A program made the translations under genes and the position numbers. A stretch of 64,000 nt of DNA from Gammaproteobacteria bacterium. GTDB lineage: Bacteria; Pseudomonadota; Gammaproteobacteria; Xanthomonadales; Marinicellaceae. The notes under the pieces were generated by a model. The model was not told where the DNA came from, searched no databases, and was given only the letters and a program-made list of their open reading frames with translations. The number at the start of each line of letters is the position of its first letter. Positions within the stretch are counted from its first letter, which is position 1. Positions 1-8,627 of the stretch are shown here, one piece after another. The stretch lies in assembly GCA_030430025.1 (NCBI GenBank), contig JAUIGR010000010.1:1797-65796 (forward strand), written 5' to 3'.

Positions 1-376
1 TGACTTCATAACTGAAGACTATATCATTGTCATTGGCATAAGAAGATAAAATCGATTCAGTATTAACATTTTCTCCATATTCGACAACCAAATAATTCTG
101 CAATTGAGTTGCTGCCCAATCGGGGCTCATGTCCATGATTGTTTTCAAATGTCCGGTGGCTCGTTTCTTGATGTAGTATTCGACTTTAATAGGAGCTTCA
201 CTGTTAAATGCACCAAGAGCAAATGAAGGTGGAGGAGGATTTAACTGAGCTTCTTGTACAACCTGCTCAGGGGTGACAGCTTCCTGATCGCTGCTTAATA
301 AAATGTGAAATGTGGAAGCCCATGAAACGGGCACAAAAAAGACCAATAGTGTGAGGATATGGTTTTTTTTAAGCAT
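1..376 (-). CDS. 5' part of a secreted protein running off the window edge; possibly a subtilisin (S8) prodomain
   Basis: Not in the ORF track. My translation from ATG at 376 is open to base 1: MLKKNHILTLLVFFVPVSWA (signal peptide) ... QLQNYLVVEYGENVNTESILSSYANDNDIVFSYEV. Overlaps the stop of the upstream gene by 8 nt. The S8 call rests on recalled resemblance of the L-x-x-Y-x-V-x-x-Y segment to peptidase prodomains. Confidence 0.6.
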   Translation of the reverse strand, partial: MLKKNHILTLLVFFVPVSWASTFHILLSSDQEAVTPEQVVQEAQLNPPPPSFALGAFNSEAPIKVEYYIKKRATGHLKTIMDMSPDWAATQLQNYLVVEYGENVNTESILSSYANDNDIVFSYEV

Positions 377-914
377 AATTCTTCCTATAAAACAGTGTAG
401 TTGAAAAAAGTATTAATAAAATAATGATTAACAGTCGATCAAATGTCAGTAAATCAACAGGATGAGGCACCTGATAAACAGTGAAATTTAGAGTGGGGCC
501 ATACTGCACTGCCAATATATTTGGTATAGGAAGTGGCGGTAAATCTTCTGGTATAAAGCCCCCAACCTCTTGTGAAATGGTTGTTAACGAATATTCACCA
601 GCTTCAAGGGTGCCTAATTCATAATAATATCGAGGTGCAGGCTCGAATGGAATCGGATTGCAGAGCAATAAACCCTCATAAATGACATTAAGTGTAATGT
701 CATTGGAATTCAGTTCAAAAAGGTGTGTTTCTCCAACCGAGTTTTCTCTTGGTAAGAGCATACATGGTGGGTAAAACTCGACAAATAATCCAACTCTGAT
801 CACATCACCTACTTTTGGGTTAGGTGGGTCAATAATGACAGGTGGTTCAAAATCCGCTTTCGACAGATTTGAAATAATCACCAACAAGAATATTAAGTAG
901 ATCTTTTTATGCAC
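369..914 (-). CDS. Small secreted protein with C-terminal IPTL-CTERM-like membrane anchor
   Basis: Likely GTG start at 914 (GGAG 5 nt upstream) rather than 953. Signal peptide, two Cys, C-terminus VPHPVDLLTFDR + hydrophobic helix + RK. Confidence 0.7.
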   Translation of the reverse strand: MHKKIYLIFLLVIISNLSKADFEPPVIIDPPNPKVGDVIRVGLFVEFYPPCMLLPRENSVGETHLFELNSNDITLNVIYEGLLLCNPIPFEPAPRYYYELGTLEAGEYSLTTISQEVGGFIPEDLPPLPIPNILAVQYGPTLNFTVYQVPHPVDLLTFDRLLIIILLILFSTTLFYRKNYA

Positions 915-1083
915 TGATGCTCCATTGACATGACCCCCTCCCTTTTTGCACAAGATAACACGCCAGAAGACAAATTTGTACTTATTTATTTAACTAAACT
1001 TAAATAATGCCAATTATTTTAAAGACCCAAATCGTCTCACTTAATACCTAAAAGGTGAGACAAATATTGTTTATCTTGCCCGC

Positions 1084-1164
1084 ATGAGTAAGAAAACATA
1101 CCAATTTGAAGTCTTGAGGACCGGTGAATTTACTGATGCCAATGGCAGAATAGAGGTGCCTTAA
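1084..1164 (+). pseudogene. 26-codon fragment resembling the N-terminus of a Mu-like phage protease/scaffold protein
   Basis: MSKKTYQFEVLRTGEFTDANGRIEVP*; recalled resemblance to the FEIFRAGTHTDxxG start of such proteins. Confidence 0.3.
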
Positions 1165-1497
1165 ATTTATAAAGTTGTTTGAACATCAACAGACCACCCA
1201 TTAAACGGATGGGTCTGGCTGGGTGGGCTTTTTCGCTGTAAAAGGGCTACTTATTCAAGATGTTGCCAATCAAGTTCGCAAGACAAGGCTATCAAAGGAT
1301 GTGATTGATCCAACTGGGAGGTGATGTCAAAAAAGGAGTTTTGTGGTGTTTGATCCGGTGTTTACTGCGCATTTAATTGATGATTTCGACCGATAAGTAA
1401 CAACTATTTTAACAATTCCAGTCGAAATACTACAGTAGAAAATCAATATATCTATTATATATCAATATGTTATAAGTTTATCAGGGTTGACTAATTA

Positions 1498-1803
1498 GTC
1501 GAACCTGATAAATGCATAATTTATTGTTAAATATACAGAGTTACTTCAATTTTGGATATTTTTTCGACCAGGAAACAGGTGTCACGATGCATTTTTATTC
1601 GCCGCTTCCATTCGGCTCTCAGGCTAACGTGAAAAAGTTTTCCAGAAACTTTTTTATGGTTGATGGTGTGGCACAGGGAGGTGCCACCTTGAGCCATCAG
1701 GCTCAAGTAAGGTCAAAAAACATCAGCAAAATCACACTTTTGCGCTTAAGTGTTTTTTTGACCGATGCTGGAAAAGGCCAGGAAGGACTTTTTCAGGATT
1801 GAC
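1498..1803 (+). mobile_element. MITE-like repeat, full-length copy (306 bp)
   Basis: TA|GTCGAACCTGATAAA ... TTTTCAGGATTGAC|TA imperfect terminal inverted repeats; TA on both sides; colinear with 41155-41459. Confidence 0.85.
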
Positions 1804-1874
1804 TAATTATTTCAAAAATCATCGGTGTGTTCATCAGGAGATGATATAGATCAAAGTCTCTTTTACTTGTGATA

Positions 1875-2324
1875 TTAAGTGAGAATGGCGTAAGTGGCTT
1901 TCATTTCCGTGGTTATGGTATTTTCCTGAAATCCTTGGCAGACAACTTTGATCGGTGCTTTATTTCCTTGTTGGAGTTGTTTGACTATACTCGGCCAATG
2001 TACTTGTTTTTCTGGTAAAACTTGAATAGACATTGTTTTGGTTTGTGGCTTTTTCCAACGCATATGACTATGGTGGATCACAACATCATGGTTGATCTCT
2101 AACGATTCAAGTTGGAACTTTACCCATGCCCAACCTGATATAGTCATTAGCGCAGCAGATGAGCCTCCAAAAAATGTGCCTTTGTCATTGATATTGGGTT
2201 GAAGTGGTGCGTTTGCTATCAATTTTTGCTTGGTGATCGACTTGACTTGCCATTGCATCTGCTTTGTCAAAGGGACTTCACAGTGAATGCGCTTGACGAA
2301 TGCGTCAATACTTAATGATAACAT
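1875..2324 (-). CDS. Hotdog-fold thioesterase (YiiD C-terminal-like)
   Basis: APLQPNINDKGTFFGGS motif; 149 aa. Confidence 0.8.
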   Translation of the reverse strand: MLSLSIDAFVKRIHCEVPLTKQMQWQVKSITKQKLIANAPLQPNINDKGTFFGGSSAALMTISGWAWVKFQLESLEINHDVVIHHSHMRWKKPQTKTMSIQVLPEKQVHWPSIVKQLQQGNKAPIKVVCQGFQENTITTEMKATYAILT

Positions 2325-2341
2325 GTCATATTATTATCGTA

Positions 2342-2680
2342 TTATTTGGACGGATTTCTTAGTTTCGCCGGTACCAGCAACTCAAACATATTACCAAGTT
2401 TACTACCGGAGCCGTTATCTTCATCTTTAACTTTTTCCATCCAGTTGTCTTGATTTGAGTCATTGGTGATCAACGTTGTTCCAATATCAGTGGCTTTGAC
2501 CTCAGGAAGAGAGACCGGTTTGTGGTCGGAGATGCGATTGAAGTCATTACCTGAAGGGTTGCTAGTTGCTTTAATCAGCTGTCCTTGGCTTTTTAATATA
2601 TCGATCTCACAAGTGTTATCATTGGCAATGGTCTGTGTTGCAGCAGTCAACATCAAAATAAATACTGTAATGCCTTTCAT
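2342..2680 (-). CDS. Small secreted hypothetical protein
   Basis: Signal peptide MKGITVFILMLTAATQTIA; directly upstream of the thioesterase on the same strand. Confidence 0.65.
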   Translation of the reverse strand: MKGITVFILMLTAATQTIANDNTCEIDILKSQGQLIKATSNPSGNDFNRISDHKPVSLPEVKATDIGTTLITNDSNQDNWMEKVKDEDNGSGSKLGNMFELLVPAKLRNPSK

Positions 2681-2696
2681 GTTAATACTCGATTTA

Positions 2697-2724
2697 GCCG
2701 AACATCAGATTTTCCAGGACTGAC
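2697..2724 (+). repeat. 28-bp degenerate relic of the MITE (both ends fused)
   Basis: TA|GCCGAACATCAGATTTTCCAGGACTGAC resembles left end GTCGAAC plus right end TTTTCAGGA(C/T)TGAC. Confidence 0.45.
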
Positions 2725-2791
2725 CGCAATAAATCAACCAAATCCGCCATTATTTTTCCTCAATAGCATAAAATAACTGCTATTAAAGCTG

Positions 2792-3811
2792 ATGATACAA
2801 AATAATATGGGAACATTTTGGCTGGCTGATTTCTCAAACACCATGAGAATTTTTACAGTGATTGTAGTCACTGAAATGATGGTCGTGGTTTATGGTTTGA
2901 GTTTTCTGTCATTGGACATGGCATTTTTAAATCAGTTGGCTGTTTTGAGTTTGCTGGCTCAGTTGATAGCCATTTCGCTAATTATTGTTCTTTCCTATCT
3001 AAGGCTTTGGTTGAATCATTTTAAGGTGGTTTTAGGGCTGTTTATTTTACTATTAATTTCTGTAATTTTGACTTCTTTGTATACGCGATTTTTGGCCTGG
3101 GTTGATCAAGTACTCGCTTTCGATCTGATTGCAGATGCTGATTTGTTTAATATTAAGATCTCATCAGCCACATGTATGACATTGTTGGCATTATTGCGTT
3201 ACTTTTATGTTCAGGATCAATGGGCGTGGCAATTGAACGCCCATGCCAAAGCAGAAATAAAAGCCTTACAATCAAGGATTAAACCACATTTTTTATATAA
3301 TAGTCTTAACTCGATTGCTTCACTCATAGCTATTGATGGTCAAGCTGCTGAAAAAGCAGTCTTGAATTTATCAGGACTTTTTCGTAAAGCTTTTGCAAAA
3401 AAGCGCAGTCTGGCGCCGCTATGGCAAGAGTTAGAGTGGATTGAGGAATATGTGGCTATTGAAAAATTGCGATTTTCAGATCGTTTGAATTATTTGACTC
3501 AAGTGGAAGAAACTTTGTTGGGTAATGAAATACCTGTATTATCAATCCAACCGTTGATTGAGAATGCTATATTGCATGGTATTGAACCAAGTAACCAAAC
3601 AGGCACTGTCAATCTGATTATTAAGCAGCAAGGTCAGAAGATTCACATTGAAGTGACTAACCCGTATCATGAAAATTATTTGTCTGATGGTAGTGGTGGT
3701 GCTATTCATAACATCAGGAAAAGACTTGCATTGCATTATGGTGACAAAGCCAGTTTATCGCAACAAGTCAATGGTTCAATTTACCAAACCGTTTTGGAGT
3801 TACCTTTATGA
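2792..3811 (+). CDS. algZ: LytS-type sensor histidine kinase (AlgZ/FimS-like)
   Basis: N-terminal TM helices; LQSRIKPHFLYNSLN, IQPLIENAILHG; upstream of algR-hemC. Confidence 0.85.
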   Translation: MIQNNMGTFWLADFSNTMRIFTVIVVTEMMVVVYGLSFLSLDMAFLNQLAVLSLLAQLIAISLIIVLSYLRLWLNHFKVVLGLFILLLISVILTSLYTRFLAWVDQVLAFDLIADADLFNIKISSATCMTLLALLRYFYVQDQWAWQLNAHAKAEIKALQSRIKPHFLYNSLNSIASLIAIDGQAAEKAVLNLSGLFRKAFAKKRSLAPLWQELEWIEEYVAIEKLRFSDRLNYLTQVEETLLGNEIPVLSIQPLIENAILHGIEPSNQTGTVNLIIKQQGQKIHIEVTNPYHENYLSDGSGGAIHNIRKRLALHYGDKASLSQQVNGSIYQTVLELPL

Positions 3812-4488
3812 AAATATTGATTGCAGATGATGAACCACTGGCAAGGATGCGATTAGCTAAAATGTTGAATCATCTGGGCTATGATCAAGTCATTGAGGCT
3901 CAAAATGGTAATGAAGCGGTGTCACTGGCTAATAAGCATTATCCTGATGTGATTTTTCTGGACATTCAAATGCCTCATTGTAGTGGTTTGGAAGCAGCAG
4001 AATTAATTAAAGCCAATATGCCTACTGTTCCCATTGTTTTTTGTACTGCCCATGATGAGTTTGCCTTAAAGGCCTTTGATTTATCTGCTAATGATTATTT
4101 GCTGAAGCCTGTTGCTTTGGATCGTTTAGGTCAATCTTTAAAAAAAGTCGGTGTGCTCACAGAGAGCCAAAAAATAACAGTCAAACGAGGTCAAAATACT
4201 TATGCCATTCCAGTGGATGAAATGATTTGTTTTATGGCTGAAGATAAATATGTGGAAGTTCATTTGTCAAACAAAAGATATTTATTGGACACAACATTAA
4301 CAGAATTGGAAAAGACATATCCTCAACTTTTGCGTCTACATCGGAACTGTTTGGTTCATCGTTCTTATCTGTGTGGTATACATGTTGATGATCAACACAA
4401 ATCCCATGCTATATTAAAAAAAATAGATTTACAGCCTGCTATTAGCAGGCGACAATTGGCGGTAGTTAAAAAGGAATTGGACTCATGA
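3808..4488 (+). CDS. algR: LytTR-family response regulator
   Basis: Receiver domain (DDEPLAR, FLDIQMP, DYLLKP) plus LytTR domain (LLRLHRNCLV); ATGA overlap with the kinase. Confidence 0.88.
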   Translation: MKILIADDEPLARMRLAKMLNHLGYDQVIEAQNGNEAVSLANKHYPDVIFLDIQMPHCSGLEAAELIKANMPTVPIVFCTAHDEFALKAFDLSANDYLLKPVALDRLGQSLKKVGVLTESQKITVKRGQNTYAIPVDEMICFMAEDKYVEVHLSNKRYLLDTTLTELEKTYPQLLRLHRNCLVHRSYLCGIHVDDQHKSHAILKKIDLQPAISRRQLAVVKKELDS

Positions 4489-5393
4489 CAAAAAAGATCA
4501 TCATAGCCACCCGTGAGTCTGCTTTGGCTTTGTGGCAAGCACAATATGTAGCAGCTTTGATTGAAAAACACACTCCTTATAAAACCGAGTTGTTGCCAAT
4601 GACAACTGAAGGTGATCAACGTTTGGAAGTGACATTAAGTAAATTAGGGGGGAAAGGTTTGTTTCTCAAGGAGTTAGAACAAGCCATGTTATCAGGCGAT
4701 GCTGATTTGGCTGTACACTCAATGAAAGATGTGCCTGCTGAATTACCAGAGGGTTTTACATTATGTGGTGTTTTTTCAAGGGATGATCCAGCAGATGCTT
4801 TTGTTTCGAATGATTTTGGAACGATCTCAGAATTACCAGAAAATGCGGTGGTTGGTACATCCAGTTTAAGAAGACAGGCTCAGTTGCTAGCCTGGCGCCC
4901 TGATATACAAGTGAAACCACTTCGGGGTAATGTGAATACACGCCTTGCTAAGTTAGATGCGGGCCAATATGATGCGATTATACTGGCTGCCGCCGGGTTG
5001 AATAGGTTGTCATTTAACGATCGTGTTGCCAGTCGATTGACCGTACCTCAATGGTTGCCAGCTATTGCACAAGGAGCCATTGGTATGGAGTGTTTGAGTC
5101 ATCGTACGGATTTGATAGAAGCTTTGGCTGCTTTAAACGATCAAAATACCTGGCAAGCAATACAAGCTGAACGTGCGTTAAACGCTCGTTTGGAAGGTTC
5201 ATGTTCTGTCGCTATCGGTGGTCATGCGATAGTCCATGAGGGTATGATAAGCTTGCAGGGTGGTGTTTTCAGTGAGGATGGGAAGGTCGCACTCAAATCA
5301 CAAGCTAGACACCCTGATCCTTTAGCTGTTGGTTACCAAGTGGCCGATGATCTGTTAGACCAAGGTGCAAGAGCAATTCTGAATGTAGCTTGA
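4485..5393 (+). CDS. hemC: Hydroxymethylbilane synthase
   Basis: IATRESALALWQ, VHSMKDVP, GTSSLRR, LRGNVNTRL, LEGSCSVAIG. Confidence 0.97.
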   Translation: MTKKIIIATRESALALWQAQYVAALIEKHTPYKTELLPMTTEGDQRLEVTLSKLGGKGLFLKELEQAMLSGDADLAVHSMKDVPAELPEGFTLCGVFSRDDPADAFVSNDFGTISELPENAVVGTSSLRRQAQLLAWRPDIQVKPLRGNVNTRLAKLDAGQYDAIILAAAGLNRLSFNDRVASRLTVPQWLPAIAQGAIGMECLSHRTDLIEALAALNDQNTWQAIQAERALNARLEGSCSVAIGGHAIVHEGMISLQGGVFSEDGKVALKSQARHPDPLAVGYQVADDLLDQGARAILNVA

Positions 5394-5397
5394 ACCA

Positions 5398-6114
5398 ATG
5401 AAAGTCATCATCACCAGACCCAAACCCAAGATAACCAATACCATTAAATATTATCAACAATTAGGCTTGTCATGTTTTCAAGCTCCTTGCATTGATGTCA
5501 TTACAGCACCAGGTCTAAAAAGTACTTGGCTTGAACTGGCACAAAAGACAACATGTTTAATTGTTCTCAGTAGCCATGCTATTGAGCATGCATTGCGAGT
5601 TAAGAAGGATTTTTTTGTTGAAGATCCGGGTGTTGTGATTGCGGTCGGAGCTGCTGTTCAGAGAGAATGGAAAAAACGTTTTGGTCAAGACATTATTAAT
5701 GCAGGGGGGAATTCAGAAGCTGTGATCAAACAAATACAACAAAGAAAAGTAAATCATATTTGCGTTTTGACTGCGGCTGGAGGACGGGAAAAGATCAAGC
5801 AATATGCACTGGAAAACCGCATTAATTTAACTCAAATCAATTGTTATCAGAGAAAAAAGTTGCCTCTGGATTTATTATGTTGGCATCTTTTGGTTAACAA
5901 ACATATGACTGTGTTGACAGCGACTAGTGGAGAGATTTTGCAGCATATTGAGGAATCATTGGATCCTCAAGATTGGCAGATTTTGCTAAAAAGACCTGTT
6001 GTGGTGGGGTCGTCAAGAATCGGGCAGTTGGCAGAAAAGCAAGGGTTTTTAAAAGTCATTGTGGCCCAAAGTCCCAGCAATCAAGATATGGCGAAAGCTG
6101 TTTTGAAGTGTTAA
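5398..6114 (+). CDS. hemD: Uroporphyrinogen-III synthase
   Basis: VIITRP start, AVGAAV, CYQR, TATSGE; follows hemC. Confidence 0.85.
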   Translation: MKVIITRPKPKITNTIKYYQQLGLSCFQAPCIDVITAPGLKSTWLELAQKTTCLIVLSSHAIEHALRVKKDFFVEDPGVVIAVGAAVQREWKKRFGQDIINAGGNSEAVIKQIQQRKVNHICVLTAAGGREKIKQYALENRINLTQINCYQRKKLPLDLLCWHLLVNKHMTVLTATSGEILQHIEESLDPQDWQILLKRPVVVGSSRIGQLAEKQGFLKVIVAQSPSNQDMAKAVLKC

Positions 6115-6121
6115 AGAGTTT

Positions 6122-6592
6122 TTAAAGAAAATCAGTTGGGTAAGCGTGTTGCCACTGTGCTGATTTGATTTTAAAGTGGACATCATGGCGTTTGAGCACC
6201 ACATTAAATTTCAGCAGCTGTGCTCGTGCTTCAGATAGGGTAGTTAAATCAGTAAGGGGGGTGCCACCCAGTGCTGCCACCACTTCAATTTTTACTTCAT
6301 TGTCACTCAACCATTGTGTTTCTTTGAGGACTTGCGTTATGTGAACGGTTTTGTGTTTCATAAAACGAAAGTGCAACAATCGCTGGATATCTTTTTTACT
6401 CATCCCATTTTCAGGTCTGAAATTTTCATCAAAGTAATCCATCAGCTCAGAAGTTTTTTTGCTTTCAGCCAGCAATTCCATTTGAGTCAGATCTTCTTTG
6501 AGTTGCTTTTCCTTGCTCAATGGCGCATTACCACATGCCGTCACTACGATCAGAGCAAAAAGTGGCAAAAATTTCGTGGTGTTCATGATCAA
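6122..6592 (-). CDS. Lipoprotein, NTF2/SnoaL-like fold
   Basis: Lipobox VVTA-C; DYFDENF and W-x-I-like C-terminal strand pattern. Confidence 0.65.
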   Translation of the reverse strand: MIMNTTKFLPLFALIVVTACGNAPLSKEKQLKEDLTQMELLAESKKTSELMDYFDENFRPENGMSKKDIQRLLHFRFMKHKTVHITQVLKETQWLSDNEVKIEVVAALGGTPLTDLTTLSEARAQLLKFNVVLKRHDVHFKIKSAQWQHAYPTDFL

Positions 6593-6662
6593 TGGGTCGA
6601 GTGTTAAATCAAATTATTGTATCATAGTTAGAGATCAAACAGACTCAGCTCAGGAGACTACC

Positions 6663-6995
6663 ATGACACCCATTAAATACAGTTGTGTTGTTACATTGTT
6701 GTTAATCAGCACTTTATTACAGGCCACCGAAAAAACAAACACAATCACTCATTCGAATCAAAACCTCAAGGCGGTCATTCCTAAAGATGAGCCGACTGAA
6801 ATCACAGTCATCATTGAAAAAAATAGAAAGATTGAAGAATACCGACATAAAGGCGAGTTGGTATTGGTCAAAGTGACCCCCAAGGATGGTAAACCTTATT
6901 TTTTAGATCCACTGGAAAATAAAAATCTGGGTTCTGGAAAAGAGTTGATAGAGGCTGGTGTTAAACCGGTACATTGGATAGTCAAGGAATTTTAA
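6663..6995 (+). CDS. DUF2782-family secreted protein
   Basis: ATG 6663 with AGGAG RBS; IEEYRHKGELVLVKVTPKDGKPYFL; C-terminal W-x-V-x-x-F. Confidence 0.8.
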   Translation: MTPIKYSCVVTLLLISTLLQATEKTNTITHSNQNLKAVIPKDEPTEITVIIEKNRKIEEYRHKGELVLVKVTPKDGKPYFLDPLENKNLGSGKELIEAGVKPVHWIVKEF

Positions 6996-6997
6996 AA

Positions 6998-8584
6998 ATG
7001 ACGGTCAGACAGCAGTTTATTTTATTACTTGTGCTGGTGCCAATATTGACTGTTGTTTTGGCGACATATTGGCCTACAGCTTGGTGGCTTTTTTTGTTAT
7101 GGACACCATTGGCTATGACGGGTATTTGGGACATGTTTCAAACCAGAAAGGCCATTTTAAGGTTATACCCAGTGATTGGCCATCTGCGTTATTTATTTGA
7201 AGCCATCCGGCCAGAAATACAGCAGTACTTCGTTGAATCTGACCTCAGCGGTACGCCGGTACCCAGAGAGTTCAGGGCTTTGGTTTATCAACGGGCCAAA
7301 GGACAACGAGATACCCGTCCATTTGGTACCATTATTGATGTTAACGCTGATGGATATGAATGGATTAACCATTCTTTGGCACCCAAGCATCATTATGATT
7401 TCAATCCACGCGTGCGTTTTGGTGGGCCTGACTGCGAGCAACCCTATGATGCATCACCCTTGAATATTTCTGCCATGAGTTTTGGGTCTTTAAGTAAACA
7501 CGCGATCATGGCCTTGAATCAAGGCGCCAAAGCAGGTGGTTTTGCCCACAATACCGGAGAAGGAGGTATCAGCCCATACCATCGTCAAGGTGGTGATCTG
7601 ATTTTTCAGTTTGGAACAGGCTATTTTGGTTGTCGGGATGAATCTGGTAATTTTTGTCCTGATCGATTTAAGGAGAAAGCAAACTTTGAAGAAGTCAAAA
7701 TGATTGAAATTAAGCTTTCTCAAGGTGCCAAGCCAGGCCATGGAGGGATTTTGCCAGCGGTCAAGTTGACTCAGGAAATTGCAGAAATACGTCATGTATC
7801 TTTAGGCAAAGATGTAATCTCTCCTGCTGCTCACACTGCCTTTTCAACACCTGTTGAAATGATGCAGTTTATACAAAAACTGCGGGTTTTATCTGGAGGT
7901 AAACCCATTGGATTTAAACTGTGTATCGGCAAGAAAAGTGAATTTATTAGTGTTTGTAAGGCAATGATTCAAACAGGTATCAAACCAGACTTTATCACTA
8001 TAGACGGCAGTGAAGGAGGTACAGGTGCAGCTCCCATTGAAATGACCAATTCGGTAGGCACTCCTATTCGTGATGCGATAATTTTTGTCCATCAGACATT
8101 GGTTGGTATGGGGTTGCGCCAAGATATTCGTTTGGTTGCATCTGGGAAAGTGTTTTCAGCTTTTCACTTGCTTAAATTACTGGCGCTTGGTGCGGATGCT
8201 GTGAATTCAGCTCGTGCCATGATGTTTGCTTTGGGTTGTATTCAATCCCGTGCTTGTAATACTGATCAGTGTCCTACAGGTGTGGCTACTCAAAATCCAG
8301 CGAGAGTTAAAGGTTTGGTTGTCAAGGATAAAGCCAGGCGGGTTGCTAGTTATCATCAAAAAATGATGAAACATTTGGTTGAGTTATTGGGAGCGGCAGG
8401 GTTGGATGAATTGTCTCAGTTACAACCGGCTCATATCATGCATCGCGTTCAGGGTACTGATGTCAAGTCTTACGAGGATATGTTCCCCAGTTTGCTTCCT
8501 GGTGTACTGCTTGATGATGACGGTCGGCCAGAAAGCTGGCGGGTTGACTGGGAGGCAGCAAGAGCGGAGACTTGGTCGAACTGA
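6998..8584 (+). CDS. FMN-binding glutamate synthase family protein
   Basis: N-terminal TM helices; NISAMSFGSLS, NTGEGG, EIKLSQGAKPGHGG, DGSEGGTGAAP, CNTDQCPTGVATQ. Confidence 0.92.
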   Translation: MTVRQQFILLLVLVPILTVVLATYWPTAWWLFLLWTPLAMTGIWDMFQTRKAILRLYPVIGHLRYLFEAIRPEIQQYFVESDLSGTPVPREFRALVYQRAKGQRDTRPFGTIIDVNADGYEWINHSLAPKHHYDFNPRVRFGGPDCEQPYDASPLNISAMSFGSLSKHAIMALNQGAKAGGFAHNTGEGGISPYHRQGGDLIFQFGTGYFGCRDESGNFCPDRFKEKANFEEVKMIEIKLSQGAKPGHGGILPAVKLTQEIAEIRHVSLGKDVISPAAHTAFSTPVEMMQFIQKLRVLSGGKPIGFKLCIGKKSEFISVCKAMIQTGIKPDFITIDGSEGGTGAAPIEMTNSVGTPIRDAIIFVHQTLVGMGLRQDIRLVASGKVFSAFHLLKLLALGADAVNSARAMMFALGCIQSRACNTDQCPTGVATQNPARVKGLVVKDKARRVASYHQKMMKHLVELLGAAGLDELSQLQPAHIMHRVQGTDVKSYEDMFPSLLPGVLLDDDGRPESWRVDWEAARAETWSN

Positions 8585-8627
8585 ATAAATCAGTTAAGAT
8601 GATCAGCTGTTAAAGCAATCAACCACC

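Noticed and set aside
1512-1802. 96-aa ORF spanning the MITE (and related ORFs 41197-41433, 60627-60833, tail of 2463-2723)
   Set aside because: The ATG is AAG in the second full copy, and a T7/T6 difference shifts the end; no transposase motifs; best explained as incidental frames in a repeat
8575-8590. GTCGAACTGAATAAAT resembling the MITE left end
   Set aside because: It encodes the natural C-terminus (WSN*), lacks the preceding TA and has no further homology
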